Assembly (NCBI GenBank): GCA_001949185.1
Contig: BDGG01000007.1
Span: 1,012,730 to 1,076,729, forward strand
Direction of reading: 5' to 3'
Length of the DNA: 64,000 nt
Source of the DNA: Ramazzottius varieornatus
Lineage: Eukaryota; Animalia; Tardigrada
Shown here piece after piece: positions 14,601-26,918 of this stretch (position 1 is its first letter; every line of letters starts with the position of its first letter). A program made the translations under genes and the position numbers. The notes under the pieces are model-generated. The model searched no databases, was not told where the DNA came from, and worked only from the letters and a program-made list of their open reading frames with translations.

Positions 14601-15441
14601 TGGTCAACTGCATTGGCCGAGCTCCCATATCGTTATTCCATTTCAGCTTATCTCCTTCGGCCAAATGAAGCCATTTGGGCAGTTTAATAGAATGACGATC
14701 GTGAACGACTCTCGCCATTGACCGGAAATTTTATGAGTGAAATACCAAAAGGACTGCGGCATATTCCAACGAAGTTACAGGACTTCATGCGGCTCGGAGA
14801 GGAATTTATATGTGGTAATATTGACTTCCTGTTGATGTAGAGTGGCTTGTTCGGACTGGGATAAGAAGTAGGTGGAAGAGTGATAATTTGCGTGAGCGGT
14901 GTATTTGACACAAGTTTACGGTCAGATTACCGCTATCGACAGTGAATGAGGGTGGATGGTCGGAGTCAAAGAGTAGCTTCGCTTTTCAAGAGCACGAAAC
15001 GTCCGAACATGCGAAAGGAATAAATGGTCAAGCCGAGCTGACTTCCGGCTTGATGTATGGATGCTCGGACGAGCGGAAGTTCTGGTGAAATTGAGACTAC
15101 CGCTCTCGTTTGGAGAACCTGAATGTCATTAGCCCGTCTACCGCCTGCGAGCGATCTACACCCTGATCCCTTGTTCTAAACATTTACTGTCAGCTAGCCA
15201 AATTACAAACTAAAAAAGGGAATTTTGCGTGGATAACTAAAATCAACAATATTCGATGAAAGCTCGAACAATGAAACTAATGTAGTCGTGTCTTTTACCG
15301 GGAAAACATAGTTCAGGTTGGAAATGCATTGTTTCGACGTCCCCAAAGCAGCGCAGTGGGTTTCAAGATTAAGAGGCTTTCAGGGATTACCATGTAAGCG
15401 CTAAGAAAATTTGTTCCAATTTATTAAACATGAACTGGGAG

Positions 15442-16965
15442 CTACGAATGGACACCATTTGCTACGGGTAATTCGTCGGTCAGTTCTCGAAAGCTCGTAA
15501 CGAACCACTTGGCTTCTCGTCGTACACGTTCCCTTATAACAACCCCACCAAACCCGATGAAGGCATCCTGTAAATAAATCAATAAGTTTTTCCATCAAAG
15601 GCAGAATCAAAAAATTGATAGTTTTCTTGGTTTATTTCCATCGCGATATCAGATTTCAAAACTGATCTCCCTAACATTACTTACGGCAGGTGGCGCTGCT
15701 TCGGCGTCGGTGGAGCCATCCCCCACCATGACCAAGTGCTGGTATCCGAAAGTACTTTTCAGGTACCCACAAGCCTGGCCTTTACCCCCATTGGCACACG
15801 TCATGGCATTCTCATCGAAGCCGGCGTAGTCTCCTGCGGAAAAAACACACTCACGTAACACCTCGGTAGGTTACAAGACTTCAGGAGAAATGTTCACCGT
15901 TATAGTACCACGTCAACCGGTTGCAAAAGACATTTTCCGGCGGTATCTGTAGTTGCTCCGCCAGCGGCAGTATGAAAAAGTCGAAGCCGCCAGACACTAG
16001 GAAGACGTCAGTACCTTTGGCTCTCAAGGCTGCTACTAAGTCGCTGTAACAGAGAAGCCTGGGTAAAACTCACCATTACAAAACTGGAAGTAAGAATAGC
16101 GTGGGAGTTCGGCAAAGAATCTCGACAGATCGTTTTCCCACGTGACGCACGCCTTCGGTGTCTTCGGCTGGCCCTGTGAGCCGTTGGACAAAGCTCAACG
16201 ACCGTTTTCCGAAGTGGCGCACAGTTTCGGAACATTACTGTAACCGTGTTGAAAGCCGAATCTCGAGAAGTTCCCTTTTTCAACTAGCGCATGCTGTTAG
16301 CCAACAAAGATGAAAACGTGCGCCACTTGGGATAACTATATGGTCGCATTTGTTTGCAGAGTTCCCACGTACGCTATGCCCTCGGTTAATACTGGCGGAT
16401 GTTTCTTCACGAAGGTCTTGGTTTGGTCCAACGTCGGTCTGATTATGTTGAGTCTTTCTTGCAGACAAGTCTTGAAGGGAAGATTGCCTCCCATAGCTTG
16501 CTTGGTCCATTCGGCCACTTCTTTCCCGACTCCGCAGTAGGTTGCGATCTCATCGATACCTTCGATGGGAGTGATGGTCGAGTCGACATCGAAGCAGACG
16601 GCGTCGACGCGCCTCCAAATGGACTTGACTTCTTCGGGTGTTTGATCGTAGCTCGTTGAGCGATTCTTCGACCTGCAAACACACGGACAGTTCAACATGA
16701 AGTGACGGCGTGCTCGAGGCATGCCAGTCTCGCTCGAAAAACTAGGTTGCTTGCTTATCGACCATCGCAGGCGCGACTGGTTTCGAAAGCCGCAACCAAG
16801 AGAATTTCCATGAAGCGCATAACGACAGACGCAGCTCACACGGTACAAGACCAATCGAATTTACAAAGGCATTACTGTTCTCACTTCTTCCCACATGAAA
16901 TCGGTGCAAAATTTCGTCATTTTACCTACTAACCTTCCGGTCGGGATGGGGCTCATGGTTGGCAT
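15442..16965 (-). CDS. PSPH: Phosphoserine phosphatase (HAD family)
   Basis: Exons 16965-16934, 16672-16373, 16043-15898, 15833-15685 and 15567-15442. Motifs 'AVCFDVDST', 'FLVSGGF', 'GGKG', 'MVGDGSTD' and 'DAFIGFGG'. Confidence 0.93.
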
Positions 16966-18011
16966 TCTTCTTCCCACTGCAAAGGCCGTAGAGCGAGCAG
17001 CCAGACCTGCAACCTACCATGATGATAACATCAAATACTATCCATCCTGAACAAAATGCTGCAGTCTAAACCACCATCAGACTGAAGAGCAAATCGGCTG
17101 CCCTGGGCAAGCAGAAACATAATTCTAAGCGCGACTGAGAGAAGAATGGTTCTGCGGTCAGCAGAATGATTACAGCACGCCAGTGCGTTGATAACGCAGT
17201 ACAAAAGCAAGAGCTTCCCCATATCAACTCGCGCAATCGAACACGTGGTCTAATGCGAGACAGCCCAACGACACGTGACACAACCAGCGGTACAAGAGTC
17301 GCCTGCTCCAGAATTGTTCAGATACTCCAAGCAGCCAGAAGCAGATGTCGACTGCACAGATTGTTAACGCACTTACCTCCCGATCTTCTTCAAGTCCCCA
17401 CGTGCGAAAGCTACGGCTGGGCAACGCCGTATTCTGCAAGAAACGCTGCAGACTAATTATCCTTCTGTTTCCCGCGTTTCGACAACAGGCGGTTCCCGTT
17501 CCAGCTAGGCGATTCCTGAGCAAGAAGAGTCGTCCTGTGGAAGCTGATTTCACAGTATGCGGTCCCTCCTATCCATCGTCGCCGTGCTGGAACTTTAGGG
17601 ATGTGGGAGAACTGAAGGGAAAAAACCTAGGACTGTACTGTCTGTACATGCCATTTTGTTGGACTTTGCATTCTTGCTGATCGCAATCACTGATCAGCTG
17701 TTCTAAATAGGGCGTGGCGCTGCAGTTTATTCCAGCCAATCAGTTGCCTCAATACCAGATGGCGTGGCGTACTTCCGTTTTCCGGTAGGATCTCGCAGCG
17801 TCGCGCTTCCAATTCCGATCACTGCTCAGTCTCAAGAACCTTCAACGTTCTCGAGTAAGAGTCGTAAAAAGCTGGGATATTCTATGCAACTTGATCTAGA
17901 ACGAGCAACGGAATAAGCAACCTCATAGACAAATTATGAGCGCGACCATGAAACTGCGTGTCAGAAGTAATGTGAAAATTGTCAAAAACGGCAAAGAAGT
18001 CGTGACGCAAG

Positions 18012-19497
18012 TTACACGTATAGATCGAAATCAACACGTTTCGATGTGTAAAATGGAGCGTCGATTGCTCCAGCCTTCCTAACAAACACACCATCTTTAA
18101 AGAAATCTTGTTGGACCCATTCGTTCATTTGTTCGCTGGAATAAGGTCCATGAATCGCTTCCTCGTCTGTATTCTTCCATTTGTATTCCCAGAACGTCTG
18201 CGAAGATTCCGGCTGTGCTTCTGCAAACATGAACGATCGTCTTAGAGAAATCTCGGGTTATTCACACAAGACTTCACTCGAAATCTTACCGGATTGCAGT
18301 GACGGTTTGCTGTCGCTCGTCGACTCTGCTGTCGGATCGAATTCATCCCCGAAGATGTCATGTTGCTTGCTGACGGTCATACCAGCCAACCTTTCGTTTT
18401 CCTTCTTGAGCAAGAAGGCCAGTTTTTCGTAGTTATTCTGGTACGTTTCCAAGTGGCCTTTTTGAAGAAGCGTATCAGCCGCTGTCGTCAGCTTGTCGAA
18501 CTTCTCCTTGGCTTCGTCCACTTCGGTCGGCGCTCCTTCCGCTTTCTGGCCCTTCTTCTGCCGTTGAACAGGCTTCATGGCTCCACCGACCCGGCGAAGA
18601 GCTTTCGTGACGGTCTCACCTGAAAAAGACACATTTTTCCAGTCGTTTAATCAAAAAGCAACAGGAACGCAAAATGCACAGGCGATACTGTGTCCACCGC
18701 TAAGTCGCCACCTGTAACAGTAAGTGTGATGGCACATGAGACGAACCACTGCACGGTCTGTCACAATTAAAAAAAATACCTGGTTGCATTATGGACAAGA
18801 GGATCGTGTAGAGTTCCGCGTCGGAAGGAACAGGTGGTGCAGCAGCAGCTTCTGCCTCAGCATCATCAGCTTTCTTCTGTTGTTGCTTCTCAAAGTCTTC
18901 GTTGGCGAACTGGTCGAGACCATCTAGCCAAGCATCTTTAATTTCTTTATCCGTGGAAAAATGGTAGTGCCCGTCCGTATCGAAATGTCCCTCCTCCAGC
19001 TCTTCCTGAATATTGAACGGTGTGATTCGAACACCTTCATCCACTTTGAATGTTCCCTCTTCTTGTCCTGTAACGGAATAACTGAAACTGTGACTCGGCA
19101 ATTTCAAAAGATGGCATCTCGGCAAACAAACTCGATCAGAGCGTTGTTTCAGGCGGCGCATGCTATTAGCCACCAACAATGGATACATGCGCTACTTGGG
19201 GACATGATCTGGTCGAGTCCGTTTGCCAAGCTCCCGAAAAATATTCAGTACTGTATTGATTGAAATTATTCCCGCCGTCAGTAAGGTACCTTCGACGTCG
19301 TCATCCTGAAGGATATCGTATTTCTCCGTATCTCCTCCTTCCTCTGCATCCTCATCATCACTGTCAATGGCTTTCGTGTCGCGGTCTGCCTTCCCAGGGA
19401 TTTTTGGACGTTTGAACGCAGGATCGTCTGAATCGTCGTCGTCAGCAGCCCTCTTCCGAACAGTTCCCTCTGACGTATCCATGTTCCGTCCTGGCAT
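18012..19497 (-). CDS. CD2BP2: CD2BP2 / U5-52K / Lin1 GYF-domain splicing factor
   Basis: Exons 19497-19290, 19067-18780, 18619-18290 and 18220-18012. Motifs 'ITPFNIQEELEEGHFD.DG', 'DAWLD', 'PGETVTKALRR' and C-terminal 'WEYKW...GPYSSEQM..W...FYTSKRVDFDLY'. Confidence 0.93.
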
Positions 19498-19658
19498 GTC
19501 CCGACGGGACCTCCAACTCTCAACGCTCCCTGGACTCCACGGCGAACTACAACGCGCACTTTATTTCCTGATCGAAGTTGATGCGGATTTCAGAAGAGCC
19601 TGCGCGAGGCCGCGAGCAAAATATGAAAACTGGGAATAAAAAATGAAAACAAAATTTT

Positions 19659-22600
19659 AGACCTTTAGGAACCGTAATAACAGCAGATAACAGTAATAAG
19701 AATAGTGATCTCAACGGGCGGAACGGATTCTTATTAAGGAACGTTATTTTCGTAATAACGGCAATGGAGCGTTATTTCCGTAATAACGGCAATGGAGCGT
19801 TATTTCGTGTAGTACGAAGTGAAAAAAGTTTCGCGAAATGCGGACCGTGGTTAGTAATCACTGGATGTCGCGATTAATACTGCTCCTAACAGAACCAAAT
19901 CACCCGGGACCACAAATAACCATCACCTCGCGTTTTCAGCGTCGTTTGCACGCAAACAGAAATCGAGTCTACAAATTTGTGCAAACTATCCGAGAGTATT
20001 TCTGCTTCTTTCCGGCAGGTTATTTTTCCTCTGTTTCTCACTCCAACACGAGCAAACCTAAATATGTCGAAGCTACGGATACCTCGCAGCTCGTACGACG
20101 CCAAAGTGTCATATATTCTCAGGAAGCGCCATGCTTTGATCAAGAAGAGGGTCAACATAGGACTTTGCGTAAGCCGATGACAGACACTGTACTATTTGTG
20201 CCAGTTCTTGGCAACAACATCCGCTCCTGTTTGAAAAACTATCTATCTCTGTCGACACGCTGCCCCCAACCTTGGACAATCACATTTTTCACTTGGTTGG
20301 TGTCGAACAGGTGAAAATTTTTAAAAAAATCAATGCTTTGCAAGGTGGCAGTTACTCCAGCAGTTATTGCACTCCTGACTCAACTGCTGTGTTAACTTTA
20401 ACCGTGAATCATTGAGTCGTAAAACTGACTGAGCGAGCTTAAGTATTAAATTAACTCGTCCGCACGTTTTGCTTCTACGATACTTCTGTCCTTCTACCTC
20501 GGGAATATCATTATATAGTTCTCCAACATCGTGTTGAGTGCAGTTTTTCGAAGGTGAGGGTGGAATCTCGATCGGTGGAGGTGTTGTGATTTGCAGGTCG
20601 AGTACTGCTCAATCAATCAACCGTACGAAACGACTCCTGTGGAGATCGCTGATTGGTGCACGTCTGTTGTAGACTTCTTCAAGACTGTCCAGACGAAAGT
20701 GTTTGCGAAAGATACGGCCAAGGTGAAGGAGGATATCCTGCTGCTGAGCTCCGGATTGCTTAAGGTGCAAGGATCGATTGTACGAATGCTGGCGGAGAAG
20801 ATCGAACAGCTACCAGTACAGATTGAGGACGGCATTCGTAACGCTACAAAGCAAGCTGCACAAGAAGCACAGTCAACCTTCCGTACAACTGCTGTCAAAA
20901 ACACGTTTGCTGACATGGTCAAAATAAACCCAAACGTCCTGATCCTGAAGCCTGTCGACGGGGAAGAGCAGAATGGCCACCGGAAGTCAAACCGTGAGCT
21001 CACTGAACTGGGCAGTAAAGTGAAGACAGCTTTGGGGCTTGAAAGTAATCAAGTAGAGCTAGCAGGAATTAGATCGACCGCGAACAACGGTGCTGTTTAC
21101 GAATTTGCGACCAGAGAAGATCGTCATAAGGCCAAGACTGCCCTTGAGAATTGTTGTGCTACGACGAAGTACACGGTAAGCCGTCCTCGAAAGCCTCAAG
21201 TGGTGGTTAAATTTGTTCCGCAGGATGTGACGGAAACAGAGGTGCTGACCGCGGTCTCTGATTGTCCTGGAGTGGAGTCGGATGAATGTAGAAATGACGA
21301 GCAGTAGCCCTACAGTTTCATCGGTATGTTACGAATGAAGAAATGACGAGCTTCAGTACTGATCCGAAGGAAGTTGTGAAGCTGAAACGGAACAGAAAAA
21401 TCGCGTTCGACAATTTCAAACGGTGCACGATGCCACCACTGAAACAAGCTCTTCGATTGTCTGGAAAGACAGCTCGCGGAAACTCGAGATTGCTATTGAG
21501 AAGGTTGACACCAGAAACTTGCTGGAAGTTGCAACCGCCTCTCGTCGTGACAGCAAGAAATTCTTGAACCACGTTCGCTCAAGTGTTGACAAGAAACTCC
21601 TACCACCGATCTCTGATATCGATGGCAATCTCCACTACGACGACGCGCAGCGTGCAATACCTCTCTATTCTGCCTTCATCAACGTCATGTTGCCCTGCAT
21701 TGGCCACTGTGCACAACGGCCAGCGATGCTGTCCTACAGCGACTCTGACGCAGTGTGGCCATCCATCACTGAAGATGAGGTCCTACAAGCAGTCAACAGC
21801 TTGGATTCGAAGAAGTCGAATGGACCCTTCAAAGTTACTGTGGCTTTGCTGCACCGCACAGGTAATGCACTCTTGCCGTCACTTACAAAACTATTTAACC
21901 TCTGTTGTAGCGCCGGATATTTTCCCGACTGCTGGAAAACCCAGTATGTCACCCCCATTCCGAAGACCACTAAAGACCCAACGTCAGCTTCTTCATGGCG
22001 ACCCATTTCCATGTTGCACCCTCTTTCCAAATGTTTTGAAAAAATAATCGGTAAGCGATTGCGAAACTTTTTGGAAGATAGAAACGTATTTGGCACTAGT
22101 CAGTTCGGATTTCGAGAGAGCCATTCAACAGAGCTAGCAAGTTTGCCGATTAGTCAGTACTGGGCAGATGTGTTACACAGTAAAGGGGAAATCGATGCGG
22201 TGTTTCTTGATTGCACAAAGGCTTTTGATCGTGTCGATCACAAAGTGATTCTGCAGAAACTTGAGCGACTTCAGGTCCCTCTACAGTACAGAAGATTACT
22301 CGACAGCTATCTGTCGAACCGAAAACAGGTGGTAGTTTTGAATGGTAAGTCGTCGGGGTATCTGCCAGTTACTAGTGGAGTACCTCAGGGCTCCGTTCTT
22401 GGTCCAATTTTGTTCATTGCTCTGATGTCGGACATAAATGCCGTTGTATCACCTGGTACCTGTCTTAGTGTTTTCGCAGACGATATTCTAGTATCCCGTC
22501 CTCAAGAAACTGCCGTTGACTGCGTTACTCTCCAAACAGATCTGAACAGCATCTCCGCCTGGGGCAGATCCAATCAGCTCACCTTCAACCCCACAAAGTC

Positions 22601-24050
22601 CTCTCACCTTCGCCTAAGCTGACGAAGAAGTCCAGGAAGTGCTGGATACCAACTGGACGGAGTCGTCGTGCCTAGTGTATCCACCGTCAAGTACTTGGCT
22701 CTTCACATTGATGGCCGACTAAACTGGACAGCACACTGGTCTGCAAAATGTGCAACAGCTCGAAAACGCATCCGTTACCTGAATTCTCTGTTTAAGTACC
22801 GTAACTCGGCGGCTCGTATCAAGCTTTTCGGTGCTCTGGTGCAGTCCCTTTTCGACTACTGTCCATCTGTGGTGTGGTCGCTACTGGTAGGTACCGTCAG
22901 AGAGATCGAAAAATGCGCCGGTAAGTTTCTCCGCACCGTTCGCCTTGGTGACAGTTCTAGCTGGTCAGACCATGAGCGCTACCAGCATAACGCTTCCAAA
23001 GTTGGGTGGAATAGTCAGCTGATTCGTCGGGTGAACCTTTCTTTATCACTTGTATATAAATTTGTTGTTGGCTCTGTGCCGTTGGGCTTTTGTCTATTTC
23101 AGCCATTAGGAATACGGGAAGAGGATGGTCCCTCGACCTCGACGCGAAGTTTGGACCGAATACGTTCTCATCCCTGTCCCATCCAACCCACTGGGTCTTT
23201 TCTGAATGGTCGCAAGATACCCACCAGTCCTGATTCCTTCGTCGGGATCATGTGCAACTTGTGGAATGCACTAGATTTTCCAGCTGCTGCCTTTGAGAAT
23301 AAATGGAACTTTGACCTTGCTTTGAAATCTGTTGACTGGAAGTCCTTTCCGCTGCTGAATCGTCTGTTTCCCTCAGAACTACTATTTTGATCTGCCTCGA
23401 GATCTCGAAAGGGTGGTCAAGACAAATCTTATGGGAAAGTGGTATACGGAACCCTCCTGCGACAGTCACACTAATGTTGACCTAGCGTTGGTTGATTGTA
23501 GACGGAACCACGGACCGGGGAAAACTCCTTAGTGAGTGGATCCGGTCGTCCACAGTTTCCGCAGCCCTGTTGGCAAAATGCGAACCGCAAATTGTCCTCT
23601 GATAAAGAAATATGGCAAAATCAACATCCGCCAAAATGGCAAAATCACCAACCGCCAGCCCTAAAGTTTTTGAAGTCATTCTGACTGTTGAAGAATTTTT
23701 ACTCGAATCATTTACGATGTGAGACGTCTTGTGGCCTTGATGGGACTTGTTCCCGTGCTGTGGGACTTTAAACAATAAACCTAAACCCAAACTGCCATCA
23801 TAACTGCCACCATCACTGCCGTCTTTACTCCTACCACCACTTCGACCGTAACTACTATCTGACAGTGGCTGCAGGGTGGCGTCACTGATAGCATTTCTAT
23901 TCATCGGTCCTGACCGTCTCGCAGAAACGAATTCAGCGTTATTTTATACCGAGGCGTTATTCGGTCCTCTAAACCTCACCAGAATAAGAAAGCGAAATAG
24001 CTGTTATTATTCGCTCCGCCTTATTTGATCACCAGGTTTCCTAGAGGTCT
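19659..24050. mobile_element. Putative decayed hAT-like DNA element that hosts the LINE insertion
   Basis: Short inverted ends AGACCT(T/C)TAGGAA at 19659 and ending at 24050. CGTTATT/AATAACG subterminal repeats at both ends (19740-19810 and 23935-24015). A weak hAT-like 'SVSTE..F' remnant lies on the - strand near 20250. No TSD seen. Confidence 0.4.
20591..23390 (+). mobile_element. Decayed non-LTR retrotransposon (CR1/L2/Jockey-like): partial ORF1 plus reverse transcriptase
   Basis: ORF1-like coiled-coil segment at 20591-21307. RT motifs 'WRPISML...SKCFEK', 'QFGFR', 'FLDCTKAFDRVDH', 'SGVPQGSVLGPILF', 'FADD' and 'KYL'. In-frame TGA at 22620-22622. No APE endonuclease domain present. Confidence 0.92.
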
Positions 24051-24258
24051 CTATTATAGAAGGCAAATTTCAAACGGCCCTTCCGCCTGGGGAAGGGTCG
24101 AACCCCTTCGGGGTCCAACGGCCACTTACGCAATATTTTGCTTTTATGGGTATTCGGTGAAAGAGTAATTTTGATCCCTTTCATTCCAGACCCGGCCAGA
24201 GGGCCTTCCTTACGAAGTTTTCTGCTTTGATCTGGTGCTATCTCTAGACTAGTTCAGG

Positions 24259-24606
24259 ATGCCTCAAGGACAAATGAAGAGCAAGCAGCAGCGGCCTGGG
24301 GACGCGCTCAAGAAGAAGAAAGACGCTCGCGGAGGAGTGACGAAAAAGAAGACCGGAGCGCCGCACAGTAGTGGAAAGAACCACATGTTTGTGGACTCTG
24401 CTGTCAAGAGGAAAGTCCAGAAAGCCATCAACGCCAAGATCGAGGAAGAGGTAACGCAACGAGCCAGGGCAAATGAATCCAAGAGTTTCAACATGATAAA
24501 GCCGGGCGACAGCCGCGGCGATGCCAGGAGTAACGTCAACACCAGCATCAAAGCCACCATGCGCGCAACTTCGCATAAACTCCAACGGAAAATGAAACGA
24601 AAATGA
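24259..24606 (+). CDS. Small basic protein, UPF0390 / C19orf53-like (Leydig cell tumor 10 kDa homolog)
   Basis: Intronless 115-aa Lys-rich ORF starting 'MPQG.MK' with 'KVQKAINAKIEEEV..RA', typical of this family. Confidence 0.7.
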   Translation: MPQGQMKSKQQRPGDALKKKKDARGGVTKKKTGAPHSSGKNHMFVDSAVKRKVQKAINAKIEEEVTQRARANESKSFNMIKPGDSRGDARSNVNTSIKATMRATSHKLQRKMKRK

Positions 24607-24843
24607 TCTGGTGAGAATAGACCTGAAACCTGAACATGAGGTTCGCGCCTGTAATTCTGTGACTCAACCGGAAAATGCTGTATCGGTGTAACGACGAGTT
24701 TTCTTTTACTGTAAAAAACAAACTATATTCCGCGATCGATTCGAAGGAATAACACGCTGCAAATTAATCAGTTGTTTATTCGATTTTCTCGGGTTTCTTT
24801 CTGGTTGACGAGCGATGGCTGCAGAGAGAAACAAGTGAAACTT

Positions 24844-26322
24844 TTAGAATAGTTCGGGCGTCAGGGACCGCGATCTTTCCAGCTCTGCGTTTTTCTTTTC
24901 CACCCCTTCTGTATTTTCGTCCTCTTCTTGAAAATCTACCGACTGATTCACTTCTTCTTCTTCTTGCCCTTCGCCTTCTTCTTCTTCGTCGGATTCTGGC
25001 CGAACCATCTCGTCGAAGTTAATTAGGTCGCGAAAACTCTGCGAATGCTCCCTTTCGTCTTCCTCATCTTGTCTGTCCTTTTCTTTTCTGTCCTCTTCCG
25101 CTTCCTCCTCTACGTCCGGTTCGGAGTCTTCCACTTCGAGGTATCCGTCGTAGTCGCTTTCTTCTTCCTCGTTCTGCTTATCCGTAACAGGTGCAGCTTG
25201 ACACATGGGCAGAAACTTGTTCGGCACTTCTTCCACGAACATTTCCACGTTACAAATCCCTACCGTGGGACCTCGAATCGACTGGATCTCGCCATTCGGC
25301 ACTTCCTCCGAACGAGTATCCACTTCCACCCACGGGAACTGATGCAAAACCGGATCATTCAGCATTCCCCTTTGCGTGGCCGAATCTACTTCGATCTGCA
25401 ACTCGGCACGACAGTCAGGAGGTAAAGGTTTCAAATAGGCTTTACAGACGGCGATTTTAAGAATGAAGGCTTTCAATATTTGACTGAAACGAAAGAGGAA
25501 CTTTTTCTTCGTTCTTGGGTCTTTCAACGACGTAAGATTCTTGATGAAATCCTCGTCGGAGTCGGGAGAAGAGCCGTCGGGATTAGGGTCCTTCCATTCG
25601 GGAATTTCAGCTTGGTCGTCGTTGATCTGGAAGCCAAATCTCTCGACGGGAGTATTATGAAGAGGCTCGATGACGGCAATGTACAGCGTGTAGATCTTTT
25701 GCTGGTACAGTAAAGGCTTCATTCCGTTAATGCAATTCTCCACATAGTCTTTGATAGCTGGATGCCTGGCGATCCAGACTACGACGCCATACCTGCGGAT
25801 AAAAAGCAGCGAAAAGAAAACACTATGTCATGTTTCCGGCCTTTCCCCTATGATTGACGCATGAGATCACATCAGCACAGAGCAGACCATTGCGTCAGTG
25901 ACGTTATTGTGCCGTTGCAGATTAACCTACTTTTTCATCCTTTCGAAGAGGCTGGAAGGGTACAGCTCCCTGTAGAACAAGATGTTGTGGATAGCGATCT
26001 CGAAGAACTCGCAAAGAAGCTCATGACGGGTCTTCTGGAGATCGAGCTTGTCCAAGACGTCTTTCTTGACACGCTGGACGCGATAGCGCCGGAAGTTGGC
26101 GAAGTAATCCGACGACGTCTTCGGCTTGGTCAACTTCGGCACTTTTTTGGATTTTAACGGGAAGACAGGAATGGCCTTTTGTGCCTGTGCATTCTGCTGC
26201 TTCGGCGCCTGAACGTGGCCTTTCGATGTGGTCGGTTGTTGATCGCCCATCTTTCCTATTCGAAGCTCTGCAAGAAGGGCCACAGAAGTGTTCAAAGTTT
26301 GATTCCGAACTTTTTCTGACAT
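24844..26322 (-). CDS. MAD2L2: HORMA-domain protein REV7/MAD2L2 with terminal extensions
   Basis: Exon 26322 (or 26250) to 25931 joins exon 25792-24844, giving 'LCEFFEIAIHNILFYRELYPSSLFERMKKYGVVVWIARHPAIKDYV', 'PVERFGF', 'KAFILKI....LKPLPPDC' and 'FPWV'. These match REV7 rather than Mad2. Confidence 0.85.
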
Positions 26323-26918
26323 TTACGTTCAATCAAGAAGATGCAACCTCGTCAATCAAGCGAGAATTTCCCGTTGCGAACTCGATGTATACTTTGTTAC
26401 GCCGTCTTGTTACTGGCGTCGAACTCTGTACGCCATCGCACCATCACCAGCCGGGCAAGGTTTGCACAACAGGGCGCCCCTTGGATTGTGCTGCAGAGAA
26501 AGGGCGGCCCCACTAAAGGTTCAGCGAATCAGATGACTTCCAAGCTGGAGGCATGGAAGTTAAAAGCCGTTCGATGACACAACGAATCGTAAGGCAACAC
26601 AGGCAGAATGTAGTGACGGATACATGGTTTTTCTATATCGTTCGGATCTGGAACTGGAAGCAGCGGCTTTCCAAACTTTCTCTTCGAATTTCCAGTCATT
26701 CCAGATTCCAGAACGTCTTCCTTTTACTCTTCCCGACATCCATCGCGAAACCTCCTTTTTTTAAGTCGAGAAACTTCGGTTCTCTTTGTGGTACCTTACC
26801 GTTTAACGTAGTTATTGGTGAGTGATAAACTGGAGATGTAAAAGAATTCGCTTTAGAGAATGGATGTTGAACGTTGCGGGATTCTGTTCTTGTTTCCGTA
26901 CGTTTGCAGACTGCAGTC

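Noticed and set aside
22620-22622. Selenocysteine or programmed readthrough at the in-frame TGA in the RT
   Set aside because: The element is already deleted and frameshifted. A CGA-to-TGA nonsense mutation in an Arg-rich context is the simpler explanation.
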